Assembly (NCBI RefSeq): GCF_006345805.1
Contig: NC_043012.1
Location: forward strand, 27,032,001 to 27,096,000
DNA: 64,000 nucleotides
Direction of reading: 5' to 3'
Source: Octopus sinensis
Lineage: Eukaryota
Below the pieces are notes generated by a model. That model was not told where the DNA came from, did not search any database, and saw only the letters and a list, made by a program, of their open reading frames with translations. Below are positions 13,901 through 26,102 of this stretch, one piece after another (position 1 is the stretch's first letter; each line of letters opens with the position of its first letter). A program made the position numbers and the translations under genes.

Positions 13901-14320
13901 GGATGTTCTCGGTTTGAACGGGATTTTTTTTCTAGCGGTGTCATATGAAATTGTCACCCATAATTATGACCCTAGTATCGATCTATTGCATTTCAATCTC
14001 TTTTAGGGTTAGGGGTGGGGGGGGGGGGGGGGAAGGGCATCATTTTTCTTCAGAAATGTAAATAAACCCAATCTGTTTCTTAAACGAGGGACATATTCAT
14101 ACGGCACAGAATGTTTTCACATCAATAGACGTCATTGATTGGTGAAATGAGAAATTGAAGAAAAAAACAACAAATATTCTTACAAACTATAGAATTTTCT
14201 CAATAAAGGCAAGAGAAAAAGATGTTTTATAAACACATTCTACCAGTATACGAAGTGGAAATTATTTTAAAACTACGTGGAAATTATTTTAAAACACTGC
14301 CGTTCAAACTGAAAAGATCC
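13901..14320. mobile_element. Non-autonomous TIR element (~420 bp)
   Basis: Imperfect ~21-bp TIRs ggatgttctcggtttgaacgg / ccgttcaaactgaaaagatcc; no ORF; internal G-run. Confidence 0.65.
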
Positions 14321-14739
14321 AAAATAAAAAAAAGAAATAAGTGGAAATTTTACAGGTGTGTGGGTAAGAGTCAAAATAACTCAATAGCCACAGAATCATT
14401 CTCTTTTAGTGCGTTATTATTTAACGCACTCACCGTTTCGATTTCCATTCATTTACTTATTTATTTCTTCTAAAATCCCCATTGCGTCTTGCAACCTCTT
14501 CAATAGTCGTTGACTCTGTCCATTACCAGAGCTGCGTAGAAAAAATAGATAGATAAATGAGTGAAAATCGAACTATTGAGTAATAAAGCACCAAAAGCGA
14601 ATGACTCTCCCCAGACACAATAATATATACTTCAACACACGAATTCATATAAAGAATTTTGCAAACCAAATACAAAGACGATATTTATATAGATCGCTAA
14701 ATCTACATGTTTGATCGTTAAATCCATACGTTTTTGTTC

Positions 14740-14880
14740 TTTTTTTTATTCTTTCTCAGTTTATTTTCTCTTATTCCTTTCTGCTGAGGAGCGTAGGCTC
14801 GAAGCGTAAAATACTTTCTCAGTTTCCCGAGCAACAAACTTATACACCTGTCTTTTGTTTTTCTGTAAATTTTAACAATA
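14740..14880 (+). mobile_element. Penelope-end-like repeat with degenerate hammerhead motif
   Basis: Homologous to the reverse complement of 26925-27105; contains CTGCTGA-G-GAGC-gtag-GCTC-GAAGC-GTA. Confidence 0.6.
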
Positions 14881-14910
14881 TATATATATATATATTCACA
14901 TGTGTATATG

Positions 14911-15080
14911 CATACGACGGATTTCTTCATAGTTTCTGTCAGTCAAATCCATTGATAAGGCATTCTCGGTCTGTATCTGTCGTAGAAGACACTTGCCCAA
15001 GGTGCTGCACAGTAGGACTGAACCCAAGACCCCATACTTCGGAACCAAGTTACTTAAACCACGCCACCACGCCTGCGTCT
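14911..15080 (-). mobile_element. SINE family A, degenerate 5' half
   Basis: Contains gtagaagacacttgcccaaggtgc...ggactgaaccc, shared with family A. Confidence 0.75.
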
Positions 15081-15187
15081 AGCCATATTGTTACATATCT
15101 TATGGAATCGCCAGAACGATAAAGTTTCATTTGTAAAAAAAAATACGATTTAAAAAATTATTCAGTTAAGATTTGAGCGCAAAATGT

Positions 15188-15655
15188 AGCGGTGGTGGCA
15201 GGAGTAGTGGCGGCGGTGGTGACGGTGGTGGTGATGGCGGTGGTGATGATGGTGGTGGCGGTACTGGTTGTGGCAATGGTGATGGTTTTGGTTCTGACGT
15301 TGGCAGTGTTCGTTGTTTCTTCAGTGGCGACGGCGGTGGTGGTGGTGGTGGTGGTGGTGGTGATGGTGGTGGTGGTGGTGGTGGTGATGGTGGTGATGGT
15401 GTTGGTGGTGGTGGTAGTGGAAGTCCCGCTGCTGCTGCTGCAGCAGATGATGATGTTGATGATTATGCTGCTGATGGCTGCGGTAGTCGTGATGGTGATT
15501 GTGGTTGTTCTGATGCTGGTGATGATTTTAATAGTGTTGGGGGGGTCCTCGTCGTCGTCCACGTGGTGATGGTGATGGTGGTGGTCGTGGTGGTCGTGGT
15601 CGTAGTCGTAGTGGTGGTGTTGGTGGTGGTGGTGGTGGTGTGGTAGTGGTAGCGG
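15188..15655. repeat. (GGT)/(GAT)/(GCT)-rich low-complexity trinucleotide tract
   Basis: All three frames give homopolymeric peptides (poly-G, poly-V, poly-T on the reverse strand). Confidence 0.85.
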
Positions 15656-17039
15656 CTGCAGTAGTTTCAGTTCTGATATTCTTCACCACATACTGTTGGT
15701 GATAATGGTCGAGGCAACTCTTCCTTGATGTCCCCAGCAACACAAAGAGATAAATAGAGAAGCATATATTTGATGTTTGATCTTATATGATATACATAGG
15801 TTGGATACAAACAGTTTTCGGTGTATTTCAGAAAACACACGCACAACAAACACACATACATACATAGTCACAACCCGTCCCCCCCCACACACACACATAC
15901 GTACATACATACACACACATACACACACATACATGCCGATACGTACATATGGTAAATCGTCTATCTTCTATCTATATTATAATGGAGAAAGCTGCTTGTT
16001 AATTACATATGTAATAGTTTCTAAAAGAAAGTAATTATTAAAGGCATGACCGGCTGGAATTTTTTTTTATAAACTTAGATAAACTTAAATATGTTTCGAC
16101 CAAAGATTGGTCCAGGCCATGTCTAACTTAATAGCACCACCTGATAGGATTATTCGAATCCTGTTTAAGTCAAGTTTTGTTTAAGTCAGGTTTTGTTTAT
16201 AAATTCATGTTCCAAGAAATTTCCTGTAACTTCGATTTCTGAAGTTTATTGAATATTTTAACTTCAAGCTTTTCACAAATTTACATATTCGTTACATTCG
16301 TTGTGGTGTAAATTTAATAAACAATATTAATTCGTTGCAGGCGAAATTTTCCGTTTTCATTTGCAAGCATATCACTCACTTTCGCCTCTATTTTCATTAA
16401 TGATAATTTAATATATATATTCATTTCAATGTTGTTTTCATTGTAAGTTTTAATTCGCTATTTGCAAAACCGACAGTTTATTCTATATACGTAATGTAAA
16501 GTAACTATTTATTGAATGAATGCTATTAAACAAAATAGGTATATAACTTTGAGGGTTCCATGATACAGTATACCGGTATATATATAAATATATTTTTTTA
16601 ATTAAAAAGTGATTTTGTTGGTATGGATGTTTGGAATGCTACAAGCCTTGCGATAATAACTATGTGATCACTGATTTTTCTAGCACGCTAAACGTGCTAG
16701 AGTTACCTAGAAGTTTCTTTAAATTATAAATATATTACAACTACGATAAATTACTGAAAGAAATATTTACTAAGCAAGTGAAATGTTTTTATAAATTGAA
16801 GTTTTCGGGAAAATTTACTTTCTGCACTTCCTTTTGTTATTGAATATTTCAAGTTCACAAGTTTAAATATTCGGTACGAGATAGTTTGGCATTCTTTCGC
16901 TTGAACCCGCACACTTCGTTAATTTCCGTAAAAATTTTTTATTTATTTACTTTTTTGCACGCCGTGTATTTGTAGTCAGTCACACACACACGTGTATTTT
17001 TGTAGGTACGTTTGTATGCATTTATGTATGTGTTTGTAT

Positions 17040-17289
17040 GTGAGAGAGGGAGAGTGTGTGTGTGAAGGGGCGCGTTGTCATGCATACGTACATACATAAA
17101 TACATATGCATACATCTTTTATGTATGTATTTGTACGTGTGTGTGTGTAGGAGACAGAGATGGAATGTCTAAGTGGTACTCCCTCTCTCTCTCACACACA
17201 CATACACACTCACATACAAAAAATGTATACTTATTTATTTATGTATGTACATATGCATGACAACACACCCCTTCATTCACTCCCTTCTC

Positions 17290-17320
<31 letters not shown>

Positions 17321-17860
17321 CTCTCTTTCACTCTTTCTTTCTCTCTTTCTCTCTTCCTCTCTCTATCTCTCTCTCACACACACACACATACACACACAGA
17401 AATGTATGCATATTTATTTATGTATGTACATATGCATGACAACACACCCCTTCATTCACTCTCTCTTCTCTCTCTCTCTCTCTCTCTTTCACTCTTTCTC
17501 TCTCTTTCTCTCTTCCACTCTCTATCCCTCTCCCTCTCTCACACACACACACACAGAAATGTATGCATATTTATTTATATATGTACATATGCATGACAAC
17601 ACACCCTTTCATTCACTCTCTCTCGCTTTCTCTTTTTCTCTCTCTCATGCGCACACACAAGCATTCAAAAATGTATGCTTATTTATTTATATATGTACGT
17701 ATACATGACAACACACCCCTTTACTCACTCCCTTCTTTCTTTCTTTCTCTCTTTCTCTCTCTCACTCTTCTCTCTCTCACTCTCTCTCTCTCTCTCTATC
17801 TATCTCTCTCTCTCTTACTCACACGTCCATTTCATATACACGGACATACATCCTTCACTT
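17040..17860. repeat. Compound minisatellite (four direct units plus one inverted unit)
   Basis: Core aaatgtatgcatatttatttatgtatgtacatatgcatgacaacacacccyttcattcact starts near 17221, 17400, 17557 and 17667; an inverted copy lies at about 17040-17120. Confidence 0.85.
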
Positions 17861-18006
17861 TCTCCTCTCTTTCATTTTAAAAGAAAAATAACATTTTTTT
17901 TTTTTTAATTGAAGTTTTCAGAAAAATTTGCTTCCTGAACTTTTATTATTGAATATTTCAAGTTCACAAATTTAAATACTCGGTGCGAGATTGTTTTTAA
18001 CAAGCT

Positions 18007-18212
18007 TTTATTTACCTTATTTACATTATTTACAATTGACGGATATTTTTCCTAATCTTGTTCGTTGTTAATCCAACGTTTCGGTTGATATACCCTCCAG
18101 CCTTCTTCAGGTGTCTTAGGGAAATTTCGAACCTGGGTTCTCATTCCTAAGGTATTTTTCAATGTTATTATTATTATTATTATTATTATCATCATCATCA
18201 TCATCAACATCC

Positions 18213-18255
<43 letters not shown>

Positions 18256-18447
18256 TATTATTATTATTATCATTATTATTATTATTATTATTATTATTGT
18301 TATTATTGTTATTATTGTTATTATTATTATCATTATTGTTGTTGTTGTTGTTGTTGATGTTATTACTATTATTGTTCAGGTCACTGCTTGGAATCGAACT
18401 CGGAATCTTGGAGTTAGTAGCCTGCGCTCTTAACCGCTATGCCATAT
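18007..18447 (-). mobile_element. tRNA-headed SINE-like element (family D) carrying a hammerhead-like motif
   Basis: Minus strand: A box TGGCATAGCGG (18444-18434), B box GTTCGATTCC (18399-18390), trinucleotide tract, hammerhead core at 18115-18070, (GTAAATAAT)-like tail x3. Confidence 0.75.
18070..18115 (-). ncRNA. Minimal type-I hammerhead ribozyme motif (partly decayed stems)
   Basis: gacac CTGAAGA A GGCTG gagggtatat CAACC GAAAC GTT ggatt: core CUGANGA...GAAA, stem II with one mismatch, loopless palindromic stem III (AACGUU). Confidence 0.7.
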
Positions 18448-18458
18448 ACCCACGGGAA

Positions 18459-18528
18459 TAGTGGTTAAGAGCGCGGGATACTAACCCCAAGATTCCGAGT
18501 TCGATTCCAGACAGTGGCCTGAATAATG

Positions 18529-18578
<50 letters not shown>
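18459..18578 (+). mobile_element. Second family-D tRNA head in opposite orientation (truncated)
   Basis: tagtggttaagagcgcggg...gagttcgattccag...cctgaa followed by (AAT)n; inverted copy of 18375-18439. Confidence 0.8.
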
Positions 18579-18579
<1 letters not shown>

Positions 18580-19495
18580 GCAGCACGAAATTAGATGCCC
18601 TCTAAACACCAACGTGGTCAGAAGAATACAAGCGAAAGAGAACTGTGGACCATTGATAAGTTGATAAATCCAATACCCATGATATACTTTCAGTTACATA
18701 CCGATTATTAGCGAAGAAGGATACGTAGCCATCTGCCTGGAGATAGCATAACAGAATTTCGGTTCTTAGGAAGAGAATATAACCCTTCATTTCATGATAG
18801 AAATGAAGGGTATCTGGGACGATAAATATCTGCAAGACCATAAAGTCATTGGATGATGGGCAAAATAAGGTGCTTTCCTTCACTACATCGCTTCTATGGC
18901 CGGTCAAAATTAACTCTAAACTGAAAGGAGAAAGCGAAAGTAATGCATAAAATAATAGACACGCGCATAAAGAGATACATGTAAACATAGTTATATTTAT
19001 TAACGACAGAAGCTGTATTAATACGGAAAGGTAATATTTATCACCACATAAAAGTGCTCGTTGTGTTAGAACACACAATAGTACCATAGTTACCATGAGA
19101 GAAATTCTTATATGATTTTGCGGTGCATATGAGCACTCTCGTTCACATCGCTAGGAGGCGGGGATGAATCATCTGCCATCGTCATCACGCAGACTACCAC
19201 ATCACGTGATATCGGCCTTCCTTGGCCTTGTCAATGGCAGAGACTCCGACGCTACAAACATGCAGACATTCATTTTGAAATTTGAATGGGAAACTTCATA
19301 TATTTTAGTACTTTCAGTTTCGTGTTTCCACTTGTCATATACGTTTTAATCCATTCATTTTTATTTTTATTTTTCCGTTTCTCAATTCAAATACACTTCT
19401 AACTTTCATGAAATCATAAAATATTGTGGATGCTTTATTTGTGCATGCTTATAGATACGTGTGTATGTATGCATGTGTATGCATGTGTGTATATA

Positions 19496-19561
<66 letters not shown>

Positions 19562-19782
19562 ATTTTCCTGCTTGTAAATTCAAAAGCACTTTGATGAAAT
19601 ACTGAAGATTAAAACGAACGTATATACATACCCATACCTGTATGTGTACATATGTCTGTATATACAGGTATACATTATATGACTGTATATACATACAAAC
19701 CTATATACTAATATATATATATATATACATATATATATGTGCATATATGAATACATATATATACTATTTAAGTGTATGTATT

Positions 19783-19814
<32 letters not shown>

Positions 19815-20460
19815 TGTATATGTGTATGTATGTATGTATGTATGTATGTATGTATGTATGTATGTATGTACGTATGTATACCTGTATATTCTCCAATGTT
19901 CCGTCAAACGTTTATTTACATTTATTCAGATGACATATTGTTAAAACTGAAAAAATAAAAACAGAAATAAAGAAAAAAGAAAAATGATAACAGACAAGAA
20001 AAAACAGATAAAGTAATGTTTTTTTTTCCCCGTCTATTTTTATCCAAGTATTTATCGCCAAAAGAAAAATCAGAAAAAGAAAATGAAATAAAAAAAACAC
20101 CCGAAACAAAACAAAACAACTATTCATAACATTTGAAAATTTCCTTTCTATTATCACAGCTTCCAATTCTTACAACGGGATGTATATTTTGTTGTGTATT
20201 TCTGTATTTTTCATTACTTTTTTTCATACATATTCAATAATTCTTTGCGTTTATAGATTTCCTTTTATTTTTCTTACTAATATGTAGTTTTGTTCTCTTT
20301 TTTTTTTGTTCTTTTATATTTGTTTTGTACAACGTCGTTTTTGTTCTTTTCTTAGATATTTTAACGAGTCTTTTTTTAATATCTCGGATGATTCTATTAT
20401 TGTGACTCGATATGTATTGATATAAAGATATACGTATATATCACATGCGATATTTCACAT

Positions 20461-20553
<93 letters not shown>

Positions 20554-20671
20554 GTAGGTAGATAGATAGATGGATGGAGGGATGGATATATGTAAGAATG
20601 TCCACGTAGTTATTTATAAGTATAAATATATGTATGTATGTACGTACGTATGTATGTAAATATATTATATA

Positions 20672-20714
<43 letters not shown>

Positions 20715-21333
20715 ATCACGTGACCGACCAGACCATCAGATGTTGTTACACATCACTGTATATATATATATATTCATAATCATATACAAATATATGTATA
20801 TGAATATTGTACATACATATATACTCACAGCTTCATACATATGTATATGTGTGTGTGCCTATACTTTTATTTATATATATACACGCACAAATATAAATAT
20901 ACGCATCATATATATGCCTATATATGCATGAATGTATGCATATATATATACATGTGTGTATATCTAATCTGCACATATCTATATACATATATATATTATA
21001 TATACTAATATATATATATGTATATATATATATTATATATATATTAATATATAATAATATATATATATTATAATATATTATATATAACATATATATATAC
21101 ATATGTATGTACAAGTACATATCTATACACATGCCTATATATATACTTATATACTGTATGCATACATATATATAGATATACATACCTATATATATGGTGT
21201 GTGTATTATATGTACATATATACATATGTACATATATATATATATATACATATATACATTATATATATACATATATGCATACATATAATATATATATACA
21301 CATATATATATACGCATATATTATATACATACA

Positions 21334-21422
<89 letters not shown>

Positions 21423-21724
21423 AGAAATCAACGGTGTTTCTACTATAATAACGGTTTCATTAGAAACTTTATATTACTTCGCATATCGTAGCATTTTAGA
21501 CAAACATACTCCAGATTTGTTTGTTTGATGTTTAACATTGAAGGCAGATGAAGGGTTAAAGGGCGGAGGGGGGAGAAGGTGTGAAGAGGATGTCTCTTTG
21601 TTATTTTATTTGCTTTGTTTTTTAATATTGTTTCTCTGAACAAACTGTATGTGAAACTAATAATGATAGGTAGATAGGAATGTAAATTTGCTTGTGTGGG
21701 GGAGATGGGGTTGTGTATGCAGGC

Positions 21725-21755
<31 letters not shown>

Positions 21756-21929
21756 ATCTTTATTGACCTGTTCGATCTTCAACATTTCCAATTGTTCCTG
21801 TTGTTGAACCAGTGAAAATTATGCATACATACACGTGTGTGTGTAAGTGTGTATGTGTGTATGTGTGTGTATATGTGTGTGTGATAGATTGACAGGCAGA
21901 CTGACAGATTTATATATATATATATATAG

Positions 21930-21961
<32 letters not shown>

Positions 21962-21962
21962 T

Positions 21963-22011
<49 letters not shown>

Positions 22012-22559
22012 TTACATATATATATATTATATATGTATGTTTATATACATGGATGCAAAATCGACTGTAAATAAACGTTTGATTACACAATCACACATCG
22101 GAAGTATATACACGAACGCACGAATATAAACACGTATCTACATACATACATATATACATACATACATACATACATACATACATACATACATACATACATA
22201 CATACATACATACATACATACATACATACATACGTCTATGCATACATATATGCTTAGAGATATGTATACACGTATATACATATGGTTTTGTATATGTATA
22301 TGTCTTTATATAAACATATATAAATATGCTACTATAAATACGAGTGTACGTCAAAATTTATACGCATTTCTTTGTATGATTCATTGAAGCAAAAACAAGG
22401 CGCTGAACGATTGCATTATTTTCCGATATAATGTCCTTGTTTCTCGATGCACTTCTTCCAGGGGTACACAAGCTCTTCCAGGGGTACACAAGCTTGCTTA
22501 CTCAATCGGAGAAGAAGGTTTTCCGCTAGTTGCAAAGCCATTTATTCACTATTCTCTGC

Positions 22560-22659
22560 NNNNNNNNNNNNNNNNNNNNNNNNNNNNNNNNNNNNNNNNN
22601 NNNNNNNNNNNNNNNNNNNNNNNNNNNNNNNNNNNNNNNNNNNNNNNNNNNNNNNNNNN
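22560..22659. other. Assembly gap (100 N)
   Basis: Run of exactly 100 N. Confidence 1.
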
Positions 22660-24955
22660 AACCCGGCAATTTGTCCCTCGAGCATTCTGCCATCGCGGTC
22701 CTGCACTTCCGCCATCCGTGATGGCACCTTCGCAGCGCCCTGCCTCTCTTGTCGAGAGTCGTGGCAGGCTGTGTTGGTAGGCACTGAAGTCCACCCTACG
22801 TTCTTGACCGCCACTCGTCCCGAACAGTCGGTCAAAATGCTGTTGAAAGGCCTCACACATTTTACTTGGCTTGAGTAATTCGCGCCCCTGTTCATCTACC
22901 AAGAGACCGAATGGTGGCTTTGTTGCCCTGCTGCGTCTCTGCCACTCTGGCTTCTCGCGCGGCTCCAACACCTTCGTTCCTTAGAGCACGCATCCTAGCT
23001 CTGACAACACACCCGTCGTGTTTGGCGTTGAAGTGTTTAGTCGAGGGCCAACCTCGCGCGCCAAAACATTGGATGCGATGCCGTTTCTAATTGCTTCTTC
23101 TAGCTTCTTAACTAGCCTCACTCTCTACTCTGTTTCTATCTACGGCTAGTGCTTTGCTGTACCTAATCGCTTCTGCTTTTATTGCTCTCTTGAGGGCAAA
23201 CCACCATTTGTTGTTGATGATGGCTCCCGTCAAAGCCCTCTTTACTAGTGTACTTATCCGGTCTCTGAAAATCTGTCTCGATGGGAAAGACGCGTTTAGT
23301 TTCCAGTATCCGGGACCCTGCCTATGTGTCTTACCTAAGTCTAGCGTACATGTCACAAGTTTGTGATCCGTGTAGCTGACTATGTGGAATTGTAGACATC
23401 CTACGCTATCTCTGTCTACTGTCCTACACAGTATCCTATCTAGATACGATCTCGACGATCCGAGCGGTTGCTGCATGTCCACGTTGGCGCATTCGAGTGG
23501 TCGATTCGGTACCTGTCAGACAGTTGAAAGCTTCTGAGCAGGTCTCTGAGGCATTTGCATCCCCGTCTATTCCTATCTTTGCCCACGTAGTCTAAATGCG
23601 TGTCCAAGGTAGCATTCCAATCCCCCACTAAGAGTAAAGGGCGAGACATTCCCAGGAATACTTCTAGACGTCGAAAGAAATCCGCCCGACCTGTTAAGGG
23701 CGGTGCGTAGACTGATACGAGTCGAAAAGCGCACCCATTGCTGCCGTCGACATCCAGAACGACCAGTCTACCCTCCGGGTCTACGAATATTGTCTTTACT
23801 TTGAGATCCAGACTCTTGCGAAAAAGTACCGCGGTGCCACTACCGCCCATTCTCGGCAGATAAAGGGGAAAATAAATGTTGAACTGTCCGCCAAACATGG
23901 TCTTTAGGGCCCGCGGATTGTGGAGCCTGGTCTCACTTATGGCTATGATTTCTAACTTGTGTGACTTTATGTCATCTAAGTGGTACCCTTGTTTCCAAGG
24001 GGACCCCAAGCCACGCGCATTTACACAACCAAGCTTGATCATAATCCTAGTGAATTAGAATACAAGGGAAAGGAACAGAGGGTTACTTACTGCTCGAAAG
24101 TTTTGCTTTCTTCTTTGGTTTGTCCCCGAGGAGATCCCAGTAAATTTTCTTCGTGAGGTATTTTTAGCATTTACTAACCGTACTGGGAAAAATGTCTTTT
24201 AGTGTGTGGTACAGACTTCTGGAGATATGTAGTATTTTGATGTGATCCGGTGGTTTTGTGTATGGGTGATTGTTTGTTTTTATGTCATCATCTGTTATGT
24301 TTGTTTTTGATTTGATGTATTCCATCAAATTTGTGTTTTTGGTGTCTATAGCTGTGAGCATATTTGCTGTATATATTTTTGTGGTGTTGGTGTTGGTGTG
24401 GCTGTTGTTTGTGGTGCGTTTCGAAATGCCTTCGGGAGATGTATATCCCCCTGCTTTGTGTTTGCATTTGGTTTGGTTGTTTTTCTGCTATTTTTTTCCT
24501 TCCTTTTCTGGCTATTTGCCATTCCTCACTAGTTTCGTCTTCCGACGAAATTTCTGAGGAATCAGAAGTGGGTAGGGGTATGTTGTAGGCTTCTATGTAT
24601 GTCTATGTAAGTGGTTGTGTTGTTGTTTTCGTTGCTGCTGGTTGTTGAGTGTTTGTGTGTGGTGTGTGCGGTATAGGGGATGGAGAATCAGTTTATGTAT
24701 ATTTTTTTTTGTTTTTCTGTTCCTTTAGTTTTTGCTGTTGTTGGTGGTGTGGGTAGTTGTGCTTTTTTCTCGGAGTGTTTTGGTCGTGGTAGTGGTTGTT
24801 GTTGTTGTTGCACTTGTGCAGTGGTTGGACACTTCTTTTTCAAATGTATTTCGCTTCCGGACAGATAGCAACGTGGTCGCCTGCCCTCTACCACTACATA
24901 GAGTTTGTAGCCTTCTGGCAGTTCTATAGTGGTGGGTATCTTTTCTCTTGTTGTT
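22660..24955 (-). mobile_element. Tx1/L1-clade non-LTR retrotransposon fragment (ORF1 end + ORF2 endonuclease)
   Basis: ORF2 APE motifs GCVNARGL, ISETRL, VSVYAP, LVGDWNA, SYLDRI, TDHKLV, GPGYWKLNAS (24042-23108, frameshifted). Upstream ORF1 remnant has a zinc-knuckle-like RRPRCYLSGSEIHLKKKCP near 24900-24840. Confidence 0.9.
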
Positions 24956-24974
24956 TCGTAGATAGATATGTGTG

Positions 24975-25017
<43 letters not shown>

Positions 25018-25086
25018 CGGTATGGTCCTGTGTATTGTATACAACAAGAACAGTAGCGCACCTGTACACAACGAGTTTAATATTTG

Positions 25087-25122
<36 letters not shown>

Positions 25123-25169
25123 TATATTATTATTACTATTATTATTACTATTATTATTATTATTATTAT

Positions 25170-25227
<58 letters not shown>

Positions 25228-25504
25228 GCTACTACTATTGCATAACCATATGGCTGTGAGAAAACTTCGAGCAATCAATACACAACTGCATTAGTAATAT
25301 GCACTAACTTTTGACTGTTATAATTTTCTGCTTGTAAACCAGATTATTTATTCATACCTAAACGTTTCTTGAGGTTGGCTGCCGTCAACCGAAGAATCCG
25401 AACTTATTTTGGTTCATGACCGCATTAAGACCTTTCAACATAATATTATAATCTGTCTTACTCTTATATAATTCATACGCTCGAAACATCGAGATATATA
25501 TATA

Positions 25505-26067
25505 TATATGTTTGTGTGTGTGTGTGTATGTGTGTGTGTGTGTGCGTGTGTGTGTGCGTGTGTGTGCGTGCGTTTGTGTGTGTGTGTGCACGCGCGCGTG
25601 TGTGTGTGTGTGCGTGTGTGTGTGTGTTTGTGTGTGTGTATGTGTGTGTGTGCGTGTGTGTGCGTGCGTTTGTGTGTGTGTGTGCACGCGCGCGTGTGTG
25701 TGTGTGTGCGTGTGTGTGTGTATGCGTGTGTGTGTGTGTGTTTTGTGTGTGTGTATGTATGTGTGTATGTGTGTGTGCGTGTGTGTGTGTGTGTGTTTGT
25801 GTGCGTGTGTGTGTGCGTGCGTGTGTGTGTGTGCGTGTGTGTGTGTGTGTGCATATGTGTGCGAGCCTGTGTGTGTATGTGTAAAGACAGAAGGAAAGAG
25901 GAGAGAGAGAAAAAGATGTTTATACATATATATATATAAATATATAAATATATAAATACATATATATGTGTGTGTGTGTGTGCATGTGGTGTATGTGTGT
26001 ATGTGTGTGTGTGCGTGCGTGTGTATGCGTGTGTGTGTGTGTGTGTGTCTGTGTGTGTGTGTGTGTG

Positions 26068-26098
<31 letters not shown>

Positions 26099-26102
26099 AT
26101 GT
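25505..26102. repeat. (GT)n/(GCGT) compound microsatellite
   Basis: Direct reading. Confidence 0.95.

Noticed and set aside
14005-14035. Interstitial telomere (TTAGGG)
   Set aside because: Only about two units, inside a TIR element.
15158-15646. Gly-rich / Thr-rich mucin-like ORFs
   Set aside because: All frames on both strands are open because the tract is trinucleotide low-complexity; no splice or homology support.
18375-18447. Functional tRNA gene
   Set aside because: A and B boxes are intact, but there is no complete acceptor stem or terminator and the anticodon is atypical; it continues into a repeat, so it is treated as a SINE head.
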